64,000 nt of DNA from an uncultured bacterium (GCA_965368975.1 CBDUPA010000011.1:184155-248154); one strand, 5' to 3'; shown: positions 34,305-44,457, counted from the first letter of the stretch. Notes: a model not told the origin generated them from the letters alone. Translations and numbers: made by a program.

Positions 34305-37245
34305 ATCCTTGGCAGTGATCACTTGGTGGCGGGGGCTTGCCGCCGCCTTGTATCTCGGACTCGCCTGCGTGGTAGTGGTGAGTGCGGAGGTTCGCATCCA
34401 GGTACCTCTGGTAGGGCCAGCTGAAGACGTTCATTTACAGCTGATGCCCTTGACGCCTGATGGATCGGCCAGAGACGTCACTAGAGAATTGGCTCATGCG
34501 CACATTCTACGCAGTGGCCGTGGCGAGACCGTGACTCTCACTGCTCCAGAGGCTGGCATGTGGGCTGTTCGGGTGGAGGCTGTCGGCATCGCACCGAGCC
34601 TCTTTCGACTCGCGCCGCTAGTCTCTTCGGTGGAGTTGCCCGCACTGGACTTCAAGCCAGCTGCGCGCTTGAGCCTCAGGTTGGTGAACTCGCAGGGGCA
34701 GCCAATTGTTGGAGCCCAGGTTCTTGCCACCGCGAGCGAGAGCAGCGGGTGGACCGTCGCTGATCAAGTGGAGATCTCCAATACAGGTGGTTTTGCCGAG
34801 ATCCTGCTTCGCGAGAACGAGGCGGCGGACCTGACGATTGTGGCGGATGGTTACGCCATGAAGACGGTTGAACATGTCCCCGCTGGAGAGAAAGTCATCT
34901 CGCTCGACGCAGCGATGGGGTACCGACTCCGTTTCGACAATGAGGACCAAGGCAACGTACCGAAGGGCGTGTACGCTCGTGCGATCGGCCATGGTGGAAC
35001 GGTTGCCAGTAGCGACAAGTCTGGAGAAATGCAGCTCTTCTTGCGCGGGGACGAGCAATTGATCCTGGAAAGTACCAGTGGTTCGTGCCTGCAACTAGCA
35101 GCAGCGGATCTGGATGCATCGAAGATCAATCGAGTCGTCCTGCCGGGACGGAGTGTGGTTTACGGCGAAGTCTTGGATTTCGAGACCCGTCAGCCTGTCG
35201 CAGGTGCCCTAGTTTGGCCAGTGCGCAAAGAGGATCGCTTCGTCCAGACCAATGAGCGCGGTGAGTATGCATGGAACCGGTGCCTGGAGCAGGAGTGGCC
35301 ACTAGTGGCTGTGGCACCAGGGTATTCCCAAGCAAGAGCGGTCTTCCGAGACACGGAAGACCGCCAGGGTCCAACTTTGGTGCTCAGGTCGGCAGAGAAG
35401 AACTTGACTGGACGGGTTGTGGATTGGCAAGGGGAGCCAGTGGTAGGGGTCCAGATCCGCTTGGAAATGCACCTTGTCTCCAGGGTTGCTACGAGTGGGT
35501 CTGATGGCCGCTATGCGTTCACAGGGCTGCCTGGTCTAGGTACCGCCACTTTGAGAGCGAATCCGGAAGGCTTCCGTAGGATCTTGCGCAATGTCGATGT
35601 TGCCAGTGCCGAGTCGGATTCACTCATCCTGGTAGCTGAGCCGCTCTTCGAAATTCGAGGTCAGTTGAGAGGGAATGATGGGGCTCCGCTGCCAACCGCC
35701 GCCGTGCAGTTGAAAAGTGGCAACACTGAAATCGCCGTCGGGAAGACGAGCGATTCAGGAGAATTCTCATTTACCAGCGTAGCAGTGGACGGGGGGACGC
35801 TGCATGTTGCGGAGCCCGGCTTTGCCGAGATCGACTACAGATTCCGGGCACCGCGAGGGGAACTGCTGGATATTGGTGAACTCAGGCTTGAGGAGGAAGC
35901 CTTGTTGACCGGCTTCGTTCTCGATGAAGTAGGGCAACCCGCGGAAGGAGCGGAGATTTTTGCTTGGAGAACCGGGAGTAGCGTTTCCTACGATGGCAGC
36001 GGCTATCCGCAGCAGGCCGTGGATGCGGTGAGCGCTGCGGACGGTAGTTTCACGGTCCGAGGATTGCTTCCCGGAACGGTGCTCGATCTGGATGTTCGCT
36101 GTCGCGGTTACTTCCAGAAGCAGCTGACGGGCTTTGCCGGCCCGTTCGATGAGCCGTTGGCTCTCACCTTGACCCGTACGACCCGGATCGCTGGTGAGGT
36201 TGTCGATCAGAAGGGCAGACCGGTCGAGCATGCAAGAGTTCTGGCCCGCGAGATCGGGGAACCAGAGGACCCCTTGCCTCCGCTCCGAAGGCAGTTGCCT
36301 CCGAGTACGAGGACGGACGAAGCGGGTCGATTCGTCCTGCACGATGTGAGAGTCGGGAAGGTACGGCTGGAAGCCACCGGGTTTGGATTCCTGAAGGCTG
36401 AATCCGAGTTCCAAGCGAGAGAAGACAACGTTGCCGAAGAAGTGAGACTCGTCTTGCCAGCTGCTGCCGTTGTCGAAGGCCGAGTTCTGGACGGATCAGG
36501 AGATCCAGCGGTCCTGGCGTCTATCCGAACATTTGCACTTTCTGAACAAGAGTGGGCGGAACGGAATCTCCACTACGAGTCCACTGACGGCGACGGATAC
36601 TTCCGCATCCAAGGCGTGCGACCCGGAACTCAGCTGATCGAAGTCAACCTGGTTGACCATCCGCGCCTGCTCCAGAGGATTGAAGTCCAGCCCGGTGACA
36701 ATTGGATCGACCTACAGCTGGATTCGCAGGAGCTGCAAGATGTCTTCGGCTACGTCGTCGACCAGGACGGAACCCCGCTGTCTGGTGTTGCCTTGACGTT
36801 GACAGCCCATGGACGTCCGATTGTCCCGCGCCAGACACAGACCCATGTCGACGGCTCCTTTGCCTTCTCCGAAGTTGCCGCGGCCGGGTACCTGCTTTAC
36901 GCCGATTTTGAAGGCTACCTCCAGCCGCAGCTGGAGGTCCAGGTGACGGTCGGCATGGACGAGCTGACTCTCGAGCTGATCCGGGCTGCGAGCCTCTCGG
37001 GCCGCATCTCTGGACTCACGATACCGGAGCTGCGGCGCCTGCAACTCGCCTTGACGCGTGATAACGGAGAGACGAGTGGAGCTCGCGTACACGAGGATGG
37101 CACCTTCGAGAGTGCCAGTCTGCTGCCCGGAATCTGGACGTTAACTGCCATCCTTCTCGGAGCGTCGGACTGGCCAGCTGTCGAGGAAACGGTGGTCATC
37201 GACCACGCCGGACAAGAGGTGCGCGTCGACTTGAGCTTTCCATAG
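34288..37245 (+). CDS. Carboxypeptidase-regulatory-like (transthyretin/Cna-B-like) repeat protein
   Basis: Repeated G.V.D..G.P...A.V ... T...G.F....L..G units; overlaps the upstream ORF by 17 nt. Confidence 0.8.
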   Translation: MRRIAESLAVITWWRGLAAALYLGLACVVVVSAEVRIQVPLVGPAEDVHLQLMPLTPDGSARDVTRELAHAHILRSGRGETVTLTAPEAGMWAVRVEAVGIAPSLFRLAPLVSSVELPALDFKPAARLSLRLVNSQGQPIVGAQVLATASESSGWTVADQVEISNTGGFAEILLRENEAADLTIVADGYAMKTVEHVPAGEKVISLDAAMGYRLRFDNEDQGNVPKGVYARAIGHGGTVASSDKSGEMQLFLRGDEQLILESTSGSCLQLAAADLDASKINRVVLPGRSVVYGEVLDFETRQPVAGALVWPVRKEDRFVQTNERGEYAWNRCLEQEWPLVAVAPGYSQARAVFRDTEDRQGPTLVLRSAEKNLTGRVVDWQGEPVVGVQIRLEMHLVSRVATSGSDGRYAFTGLPGLGTATLRANPEGFRRILRNVDVASAESDSLILVAEPLFEIRGQLRGNDGAPLPTAAVQLKSGNTEIAVGKTSDSGEFSFTSVAVDGGTLHVAEPGFAEIDYRFRAPRGELLDIGELRLEEEALLTGFVLDEVGQPAEGAEIFAWRTGSSVSYDGSGYPQQAVDAVSAADGSFTVRGLLPGTVLDLDVRCRGYFQKQLTGFAGPFDEPLALTLTRTTRIAGEVVDQKGRPVEHARVLAREIGEPEDPLPPLRRQLPPSTRTDEAGRFVLHDVRVGKVRLEATGFGFLKAESEFQAREDNVAEEVRLVLPAAAVVEGRVLDGSGDPAVLASIRTFALSEQEWAERNLHYESTDGDGYFRIQGVRPGTQLIEVNLVDHPRLLQRIEVQPGDNWIDLQLDSQELQDVFGYVVDQDGTPLSGVALTLTAHGRPIVPRQTQTHVDGSFAFSEVAAAGYLLYADFEGYLQPQLEVQVTVGMDELTLELIRAASLSGRISGLTIPELRRLQLALTRDNGETSGARVHEDGTFESASLLPGIWTLTAILLGASDWPAVEETVVIDHAGQEVRVDLSFP

Positions 37246-37303
37246 CTCGGGGAACAAGCGCCGTTCGGGACCGACGGGGCTCGACGACAAGCAGCGCAAG
37301 AAC

Positions 37304-37335
37304 CAACAGCCCGGTGGACCTCCACCGGGCTGTTG
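37304..37335. terminator. Hairpin between convergent genes, probable bidirectional terminator
   Basis: Perfect 15-bp inverted repeat caacagcccggtgga-cc-tccaccgggctgttg. Confidence 0.7.
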
Positions 37336-37380
37336 CTGCTCAGAGGGTCGCAACCCTCATCTCAGTGATGCCGCCGAGGC

Positions 37381-39570
37381 TCAGGCCGCGACGGACAGCG
37401 AGCGGGCCATGAGGCCGGCGATGGCTTTGTTGAAGCGCACCTGATCTTCTAGCTCGGAACCCTCGGCGAGCAAGCCGTAGCCGAACAGCAGTTGGGCGTA
37501 GTCCTCAATCGCCGGATCCTCCTTGTCCTTGTCGTAGACCCTCTGCAGGCCTTGCAGGATCGGATGTTCCGGGTTGATCTCGAGGATGCGACGTTGCTTG
37601 GGGCCGCCGCCCTTGCCCTTTTGCAGCAGCTTCTCGAGCTGCGGGCTGTAGTCGTGGTCAGCGCCGACCAGGCACACCGGCGAGCTGGTGAGGCGGTTGG
37701 TGAGGCGGACTTGCTTGACCCAGTCGTCGAGCTTGACCTGCATCGCATCGAGCAGGTCGCGAACGGTCTTTTCCTTCTCTTCGAGGGTCTTCTTCTGTTC
37801 CTCGCGCTCTTCCTCGGTACCCAGGTTGACGGTACCCTTGGCGATTGGCTTGAGGTGCTTACCCTCGTACTCGGTGAAGGTCTGGGTCATCAGTTCGTCG
37901 ACCGGATCGACGAAGTAGAGGACCTCGATGCCCTTCTCGGTGAACGCTTCGAGGTGTGGTGAGCCTTCGGCCTGGGCGCGCGACTCGGCGGTGAGGTAGA
38001 AGATCTCCTTCTGATCCTCCTGCATACGCTCCACGTACTCCTTGAGCGTGGTGGGCTTCTCGGCGTCGTGCGAGGACTCGAAGAGCAGTAGCTCGACGAT
38101 CTTGTCGCGGTTGTCGTAGTCGGCGCTGACGCCTTCCTTGATAGCGCGGCCGAACTGCTCCCAGAACTTGCCGTAGTCCTCGGGCTTGTCCTCTTTCATC
38201 TCGGTGAGCGCGTCGAGCACCTTCTTGGTCAGCCAGCGGCGGATCTGGGTGATGTGACGGTCTTCCTGCAGGCGCTGACGGGAGATGTTCAGCGGCAGGT
38301 CGGCGGAGTCGACGACGCCCTTGACGAAGCGCAGGTAGTGCGGGATCAGGTCCTCGCACTTGTCCATGATCATCACCCGCCGCACGTAGAGTTGCAGACC
38401 GTACTCGTAGGCGACGTAGTACAGGTCGTAGGGTGCGGTGGAGGGGATGAACAGCAGGCTCTGGTACTCGATGCGGCCCTCGGCACGGAACGACAGCTGG
38501 GTCAGCGGATCGTTCCAGTCGTGCGAGATGTGCTTGTAGAACTCTTTGTACTCGTCTTCGGTGACCTCGGACGCCGGCTTGGTCCAGATCGGCTTCTGCG
38601 AGTTGAGTGTCTTGTACTCGATCACCCGATTGGTTTTGCCGTCCTTCTTCGGCATGCCGTTTTCGTCTTGCTCGATCTCGTCACGTTCGTCCTTGAAGAT
38701 GATCGGGTAGTTGACGAAGTCGGAGTACTGCTTGACCACCTTGCTGACCGGGTAGTACTCGGTCCAGTCTTCGATGCCGGCTTCGTTGTCGACTGGCTTG
38801 AGGTGCAGGGTGATCGAGGTGCCGCGGCCGTCGCGCTTGGTCTCTTCCAGGACGTAGCTGCCATCACCGATCGACTCCCAGCGGACGGCGGTCTCCTCGC
38901 CGGCGCGTTGGGTGGTCAAGGTGACCTTGTCGGCGACCATGAAGGCGGAGTAGAAGCCGACACCGAACTGACCGATCAGCTGCGCGGCCGCCTCGGGCGA
39001 CTTGGACTTCTTGATCTTGTCGACCAGCTCGCGGGTGCCGGACTTGGCGATGGTGCCGATGTTGCTGATCACCTCGTCGCGGCTCATGCCGATGCCGTTG
39101 TCGTGAATGGTCAGCGTGCGCTCTTCCTTGTTGCTCTCGAGGCGGATCTCGAGTTTCTCGTCGCCGTCGAGCAGGCTCTTCTTGGTCAGTGCCTCGAAGC
39201 GCAGGCGGTCGAGGGCGTCGGACGAGTTGGAAATCAGTTCGCGCAGGAAGATCTCCTTGTTGGTGTACAAGGAGTGAATCATCAGGTCGAGCAGCTGGCG
39301 CGTCTCGGCCTTGAACTCGAAGGCCTCGCCGGTGCTCGACACGGTGGGCTTCTTGGGCGCGGCGGCCTTCTTGGCAGTTGCCGGCTTCTTCGTAGCCGCT
39401 GGCTTCTTGGTCGCTGCCTTCTTGGCGGGCTCCTTCTTGGCGGTCGAAGCGGCGGCTTTGGCTGCTGGTTTCTTGGCTGCTGGCTTCTTGGCTGCTGGCT
39501 TCTTGGTGGGCGGCTTCTTGTCCGCGGCCGCGGGCTCGTCAGCCGCTGGCTTCTTGGTGCTGGTGCTCAT
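37381..39570 (-). CDS. htpG: Molecular chaperone HtpG (Hsp90) with Lys/Ala/Pro-rich N-terminal extension
   Basis: HSLY.NKEIFLRELISN.SDA, DNGIGM, IGQFGVGFYSAF, GVVDS.DLPLNISR, LEINP.H. Confidence 0.96.
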   Translation of the reverse strand: MSTSTKKPAADEPAAADKKPPTKKPAAKKPAAKKPAAKAAASTAKKEPAKKAATKKPAATKKPATAKKAAAPKKPTVSSTGEAFEFKAETRQLLDLMIHSLYTNKEIFLRELISNSSDALDRLRFEALTKKSLLDGDEKLEIRLESNKEERTLTIHDNGIGMSRDEVISNIGTIAKSGTRELVDKIKKSKSPEAAAQLIGQFGVGFYSAFMVADKVTLTTQRAGEETAVRWESIGDGSYVLEETKRDGRGTSITLHLKPVDNEAGIEDWTEYYPVSKVVKQYSDFVNYPIIFKDERDEIEQDENGMPKKDGKTNRVIEYKTLNSQKPIWTKPASEVTEDEYKEFYKHISHDWNDPLTQLSFRAEGRIEYQSLLFIPSTAPYDLYYVAYEYGLQLYVRRVMIMDKCEDLIPHYLRFVKGVVDSADLPLNISRQRLQEDRHITQIRRWLTKKVLDALTEMKEDKPEDYGKFWEQFGRAIKEGVSADYDNRDKIVELLLFESSHDAEKPTTLKEYVERMQEDQKEIFYLTAESRAQAEGSPHLEAFTEKGIEVLYFVDPVDELMTQTFTEYEGKHLKPIAKGTVNLGTEEEREEQKKTLEEKEKTVRDLLDAMQVKLDDWVKQVRLTNRLTSSPVCLVGADHDYSPQLEKLLQKGKGGGPKQRRILEINPEHPILQGLQRVYDKDKEDPAIEDYAQLLFGYGLLAEGSELEDQVRFNKAIAGLMARSLSVAA
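39355..39560 (-). repeat. Low-complexity KKPAA/KKPAT coding repeats in the HtpG N terminus
   Basis: Repeated ggcttcttggctgct-type 15-nt units. Confidence 0.8.
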
Positions 39571-39847
39571 CGGGGTGGTCTCCTCGGCTGGTGAATCCGC
39601 GGACGCGCACTTCGGGGTCCGCGGTGCGTCGTGCTTGACGTTGTGGACTCAATGGGGGAGATCTGCAGGCTAGATGTGCAGGTCTCAAGGAGGTTAGTGT
39701 ACAAGACTACAGTGGGCGACGCAAGGGTTGAGTGTTTGTGCATCAGGTTGTTGTTTTGGGCCCTTTATGCTGCTCGGTTTCGCGCCACGCACCGAGTGAT
39801 AGCCTTGCGCCGACTAGCTCACCTGATAGCTCTCTTGAGGAGATTCG

Positions 39848-40918
39848 ATGAACGGAATTGCAGTGCGGAGCTTGGGCGGACTCCTGTTGGCGGTGACGAT
39901 GTTCTGGGGGTGCGCTGCGCCGCCCGCGGATCCGGAAGCCAGTTCCGCGACCGCCGCGCCGGCAGCGGCCGGACAGCCCGTGGTCGAGTGGGCGCTGGCT
40001 ATCCATGGCGGTGCCGGCGTTCGGCGTGAAGGGCTTGCTGCCGAAGAGGAGCCGGCGTACCGGGAGGCGTTGGAAGCGGCGCTGCGTCAGGGGCAAGAGA
40101 TCCTGGCGGGCGGCGGTACGGCGCTCGACGCGGTGGAGCAGGTGGTGCGCGTGTTGGAGGACGATCCTCTGTTCAATGCCGGCCGCGGGGCGGTGTTCAC
40201 GAGTGCCGGCACCAACGAGCTGGACGCCGCGATCATGGACGGACGCGACCTCGACTGCGGCTCGGTCTCGGGCATCACCCGGGTGCGCAATCCGATCAGC
40301 CTGGCGCGCAAGGTGATGGCGGAGTCGCGGCACGTCTTCCTGAGCGGTGCCGGGGCCGAGACGTTTGCGTCGAGCACGGGCATCGAGCTGGTCGAGCCGG
40401 ACTACTTCTTCGTGCAGCGACGCTTCGACGCGCTGCAGAAAGCGCAGGAGAAGGAGCGGCGAGACGAAGAGGCGTCGCGGTTGCGGGACGGTACCAAGGA
40501 TCGCAGCACGGTGGGTGCGGTGGCGCTCGACAAGCACGGCAACCTGGCGGCGGCGACCTCGACCGGTGGTATGACCAACAAGCGCTTTGGCAGGGTCGGC
40601 GACGTGCCGATCATCGGTGCCGGTACCTACGCCAACAACCGCACGGCCGCGATCTCGTGTACCGGCTGGGGTGAGAAGTTCATCCGCAATACGGTGGCCT
40701 ACCAGGTCTCGGCGCGTGTCGAGTTCGGTGGCGAGACGCTGCAGCAAGCGGTCGACCACGTGATCGACGATGTCCTGGATGTCGACGATGGAGGCCTGAT
40801 TGCCGTCGGTGCTGATGGCTCGATCGTCCTCGGTCTCAACACTGAAGGCATGTTCCGCGGCGCCGCAGATGCGGATGGTCGTTTCGAAGTACGTATCTGG
40901 AAGGACGAGTCGCCGTAA
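39848..40918 (+). CDS. Isoaspartyl peptidase/L-asparaginase (Ntn hydrolase), probable lipoprotein
   Basis: AIHGGAG, LEDDPLFNAGRG, TVGAVALD, AATSTGG, GRVGD.P, TG.GE; lipobox-like FWG-C. Confidence 0.92.
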   Translation: MNGIAVRSLGGLLLAVTMFWGCAAPPADPEASSATAAPAAAGQPVVEWALAIHGGAGVRREGLAAEEEPAYREALEAALRQGQEILAGGGTALDAVEQVVRVLEDDPLFNAGRGAVFTSAGTNELDAAIMDGRDLDCGSVSGITRVRNPISLARKVMAESRHVFLSGAGAETFASSTGIELVEPDYFFVQRRFDALQKAQEKERRDEEASRLRDGTKDRSTVGAVALDKHGNLAAATSTGGMTNKRFGRVGDVPIIGAGTYANNRTAAISCTGWGEKFIRNTVAYQVSARVEFGGETLQQAVDHVIDDVLDVDDGGLIAVGADGSIVLGLNTEGMFRGAADADGRFEVRIWKDESP

Positions 40919-41673
40919 TGGCGAAGAGGGTCTTCCGCCATGCGCTGATCGTTGGCGCTTCTTCGGGTATGGGCGAGGCTCTGGCGCGGCGTCTGGCGGC
41001 CGCGGGGGCGCGTGTCGCACTGGTGGCGCGGCGGGAGGAAGACCTGCAGCGCATCACGGCCGAGATCAACGATCTGTGCGGTGACGATCGGGCGATTTAC
41101 CAGGTGCATGACGTCACTGATTGTGCCGCGGTGCCGGCCTTGTTCGAAGAAGTGCCGCGCCGCCTGGGTGGGCTCGACCTGGTGGTCTATGCTGCCGGCC
41201 TGATGCTGCCGGTGGCGTTCGACGAGTACGACACGTCCAAGGATCTGGCGATGCTGCGCGTCAACACGGAAGGGGCGGTCGCCTGGCTCAATCCGGCGGC
41301 GCAACGTTTCGCCGCTCTCGGTGCCGGGACCATTGTGGGTATCGGCTCGATCGCCGGTGACCGCGGACGCACCGGGGCGCCGATCTACAACACGTCGAAG
41401 GCGGCGCTGCACACGTACCTGGAGGCGCTGCGCAACCGTGTCTCACGGCGCGGTGTGCGGGTGGTGACGATCAAGCCGGGCTTCGTCGATACCCCCATGA
41501 CCCAGGGGCTGAGCGGCCTGTTCTGGCTGATCAGCGCTGACCGCGCGGCCGAGATCATTCTGAAGAAGGCGGCTAGGGGGGCGGTGTGCGCCTATGTGCC
41601 GGCACGCTGGCGACTGGTCAGCTGGGTGATCCGATCGATCCCGTCGTGGCTGTTCCGTCGTTTGAACGTCTGA
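40918..41673 (+). CDS. Short-chain dehydrogenase, DprE2-like
   Basis: GASSGMG, SIAGDRGR, YNTSK, IKPGFVDTPMT; coupled to a DprE1-like gene. Confidence 0.85.
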   Translation: MAKRVFRHALIVGASSGMGEALARRLAAAGARVALVARREEDLQRITAEINDLCGDDRAIYQVHDVTDCAAVPALFEEVPRRLGGLDLVVYAAGLMLPVAFDEYDTSKDLAMLRVNTEGAVAWLNPAAQRFAALGAGTIVGIGSIAGDRGRTGAPIYNTSKAALHTYLEALRNRVSRRGVRVVTIKPGFVDTPMTQGLSGLFWLISADRAAEIILKKAARGAVCAYVPARWRLVSWVIRSIPSWLFRRLNV

Positions 41674-43130
41674 TGGCGTCTGTAGGTGTGATGGACCCGA
41701 CGCCCGAGGATCGCTGCACGCTCGACCGACTGGAGCGGGTCGAGGGCTGGGGCATGGCGGTATCCGCACCGGGGTACGTCTACCGGCCGTCGACGCTCGA
41801 GGGTCTGCGGTCGGTGGTCGAGAAGGCCCGTCGGCGCAGCGTTCCGCTGGTGCTCCGTGGTGCTGGCCGCAGCTACGGCGATGCTGCGCTCTACCCGGAA
41901 GCGATGGTGCTGAGTCTCGAGCGGATGCGACGCATCCTGGCATGGGATCCAGCGGAGGGTGTCGTCGATGTCGAGCCGGGGGTGAGTATTCGCGACCTGT
42001 GGCGCTTTGCGCTCGGTGACGGCTGGTGGCCGGCGGTGGTGCCGGGCACCATGCACCCGACGCTTGGCGGCTGTCTGGCGATGAATGTCCACGGCAAGAA
42101 CAACTGGCCGCGCGGTACCGTCGGTGAGCATTGCCAGGAGCTGGACTTGCTGCTGCCTTCGGGTGAGTCGGTGACGGTGTCGCCACAGCAGGATCCAGAC
42201 TTGTTTCATGGCGTGATCGGTTCGTTCGGGCAGCTTGCGTTGATCACGCGGGCCCGCATGCGGCTCAAGCGCGTGCACTCCGGGTTGCTCGAGGTACGCG
42301 CCTTGTCTGCGCCGAATCTGGAAGAGATGCTGGCGCTGGTCGACGAGTCGAAAGATCGTTACGAGTACGTGGTCGGCTGGCTCGATGCGTTCGCTGGAAC
42401 CTGGGGGCGAGGTCGCAGCAGTGGGCGTGGGCAAGTACACCTGGCGCGCCACCTGGAGCCGGGCGAGGACCCGGCACCGGCAGCGAGTTTGCGCGTCGAA
42501 GCTCAGGATCTGCCGGACGTCTTCTTCGGCGCTCTGCCCAAGTCGCTGATGTGGAGGTTCATGAAGCCGATGCTGCACCGGCCTGGCATGCGCCTGGTCA
42601 ATGCCGCCAAGTATCGGCTGTCGTCGACGCTCGGCAATGACAAGCTTTACCTCCAGTCGCTCGCCGCCTTCTCCTTCTTGCTCGACTACATCCCGGGCTG
42701 GAAGCGGGCCTACCTGCCGGGCGGCTTGATCCAGCACCAGAGCTTCGTGCCGGCGGCCGCGGCGGCGGAGGTGTTCGGCAAGCAGCTACGGCTGTGTCGC
42801 AAGCGCGGCCTACCGTCTTACTTGGCGGTCCTCAAGCGTCACAAGCCGGACCCGTTCCTGCTCACCCATGCCGTCGACGGCTATTCGCTGGCGCTCGACT
42901 TTCCGGTGACCAAGAGCAATCGGCAGCGACTGTGGCGTCTGGTGGCCGAGCTGGCGGAGTTGACCGTCGAGGCGGGCGGGCGCTTCTATCCGGCCAAGGA
43001 TGCGGCTTTGCCCGGCGAGCTCTACCGCGCGAGTCTTGCCGACGATCAGTTGGCGCGCTTCGCCGAGTTGCGCCGCCGCACCGACCCTGATGGCGTCTTG
43101 GGTTCGTCGCTGGCTCGCCGTCTGCTGTGA
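41673..43130 (+). CDS. FAD-binding oxidoreductase, DprE1-like
   Basis: RGAGRSYGDA, PGT...TLGG...NVHGKN, LAVLK, G.SLALDF, GGRFY.AKD; TGATG overlap with the upstream gene. Confidence 0.85.
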   Translation: MASVGVMDPTPEDRCTLDRLERVEGWGMAVSAPGYVYRPSTLEGLRSVVEKARRRSVPLVLRGAGRSYGDAALYPEAMVLSLERMRRILAWDPAEGVVDVEPGVSIRDLWRFALGDGWWPAVVPGTMHPTLGGCLAMNVHGKNNWPRGTVGEHCQELDLLLPSGESVTVSPQQDPDLFHGVIGSFGQLALITRARMRLKRVHSGLLEVRALSAPNLEEMLALVDESKDRYEYVVGWLDAFAGTWGRGRSSGRGQVHLARHLEPGEDPAPAASLRVEAQDLPDVFFGALPKSLMWRFMKPMLHRPGMRLVNAAKYRLSSTLGNDKLYLQSLAAFSFLLDYIPGWKRAYLPGGLIQHQSFVPAAAAAEVFGKQLRLCRKRGLPSYLAVLKRHKPDPFLLTHAVDGYSLALDFPVTKSNRQRLWRLVAELAELTVEAGGRFYPAKDAALPGELYRASLADDQLARFAELRRRTDPDGVLGSSLARRLL

Positions 43131-43154
43131 CGCCCGCGGAAGCGGGACGTGGCT

Positions 43155-44027
43155 TCAGTCGGTGTTCTTCGAGAAGACGAACTCGTTGCAGCCATGGCCA
43201 CCCCCGCGTGTCGAGAGGTGGGCGAGCGTGAATCCCCGCTGACGGTAGAAGTCGAAGATCTCGTCCGGCTTGGCGGTCTCGAATGGGTAGCCGCCGATCC
43301 AGTCGATCCAGTCGTGCCAGCGCGACATGCCGCGCGAGCGTCGCTTGTCGCGGTAGCGTTGTGCTGGATTGCGCAGCAGAACGAGATCCTTGACACCGCC
43401 CTTGGTCACTTGCACGGCGATGAAAGCGCCGGCAATCAGCCATTTTCCGGGACGCGGTGCTCGGTTGTAGGCGCGCTTCAGGAAAGTCCACATGCGCGTC
43501 CAGTAGACCTGGGAGTTGTAAATGGCGACATAGAGGCGGCCACCATCGGCGACACGGCGTCCAACATTGTCGAGTGCATCCCACATGGCCCCCGTGTGGT
43601 GCAGTACTCCCCAGGAGTACACGATGTCGAAGCTGCCAAGAGCCTCGAGGTAGCCGGGGTCGAGCACCGAGCCTTCTTCGATCGTCCAGTGACTGTCGCC
43701 GTCGAAATAGCGGCGTTTCAGTTCACGGCCACAGGCGACGGAATGAGGGTCGAAGTCGAAAGAATGGACCTCGGCGCCGAGGCGGCGGGCAGCCAGGCTG
43801 AACAGGCCGCTACCCGAGCCGGCATCGAGGAAGCGCTTGCCTGCCAGTGACTCGACGCCCAGAGCTTGGCGCAGGCTGCGCTCGGCTTCCAGAATGCGTC
43901 CGTCGTCGAGCACGGACAAGAAGTCGCTCCAGTTGCGGCCGAACTCGAAGCGCTCGCCTCGTTCGACCTCTCTGGCGTGGTTTCCCGAATCTGCTTGAAG
44001 GCTCATAACGGACGGCGAGTATGCCAT
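43155..44027 (-). CDS. Class I SAM-dependent methyltransferase
   Basis: FLDAGSGSG, FDIVYSWGVLHHTG, DWIGGYPFE. Confidence 0.88.
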   Translation of the reverse strand: MAYSPSVMSLQADSGNHAREVERGERFEFGRNWSDFLSVLDDGRILEAERSLRQALGVESLAGKRFLDAGSGSGLFSLAARRLGAEVHSFDFDPHSVACGRELKRRYFDGDSHWTIEEGSVLDPGYLEALGSFDIVYSWGVLHHTGAMWDALDNVGRRVADGGRLYVAIYNSQVYWTRMWTFLKRAYNRAPRPGKWLIAGAFIAVQVTKGGVKDLVLLRNPAQRYRDKRRSRGMSRWHDWIDWIGGYPFETAKPDEIFDFYRQRGFTLAHLSTRGGGHGCNEFVFSKNTD

Positions 44028-44221
44028 ACCCGCGGCGTGTGCTGCGATACGCAGTTCGACTCGATGGGTGGGCTAGGCCGCGTTTGCGGCCTGTGCTATA
44101 GTCTGCAACTTCCTGCGGCCGCGGGCAAAGCCCTCGTCTGCTCGCAAACGTTCTACTGACAACACCGTCTCGAGACAATATCGTCGCGGCGAGGCTCGAG
44201 ACTCTTGGAGGTCATCCCAAC

Positions 44222-44455
44222 ATGCTGAAGGTTCGTCTTCGCCGTATGGGTCACCGCAACCGGCCTTTCTATCGAGTGGTCGTTTCGGACTCGCGGCGCG
44301 TGCCCACCGGTCCCGCTGTCGAAGAGCTGGGTCACTACGATCCCCGCACGCAGCCGTCGACTGTCAACATCAACCGCGAGCGCCTCGACTATTGGGTGGC
44401 CCAGGGTGCCCAGGTGTCCGAGACCGTCCGCAAGCTGGTCCAGCGCGCTTCCTGA
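44222..44455 (+). CDS. rpsP: 30S ribosomal protein S16
   Basis: MLKVRLRRMG...RPFYRVVV.DSR, ELGHYDP, YW...GAQ.SETV. Confidence 0.97.
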   Translation: MLKVRLRRMGHRNRPFYRVVVSDSRRVPTGPAVEELGHYDPRTQPSTVNINRERLDYWVAQGAQVSETVRKLVQRAS

Positions 44456-44457
44456 TC

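Noticed and set aside
38254-39594. Long antisense ORFs (for example 38254-39594, 2984-3967, 48830-49975, 57437-58576)
   Set aside because: Shadow frames of well-supported genes, expected in high-GC DNA.
39634-39653. HspR HAIR-like operator upstream of htpG (CTTGACG-N6-ACTCAAT)
   Set aside because: The spacing is one base short and there are three mismatches to CTTGAGT-N7-ACTCAAG; too weak to call.
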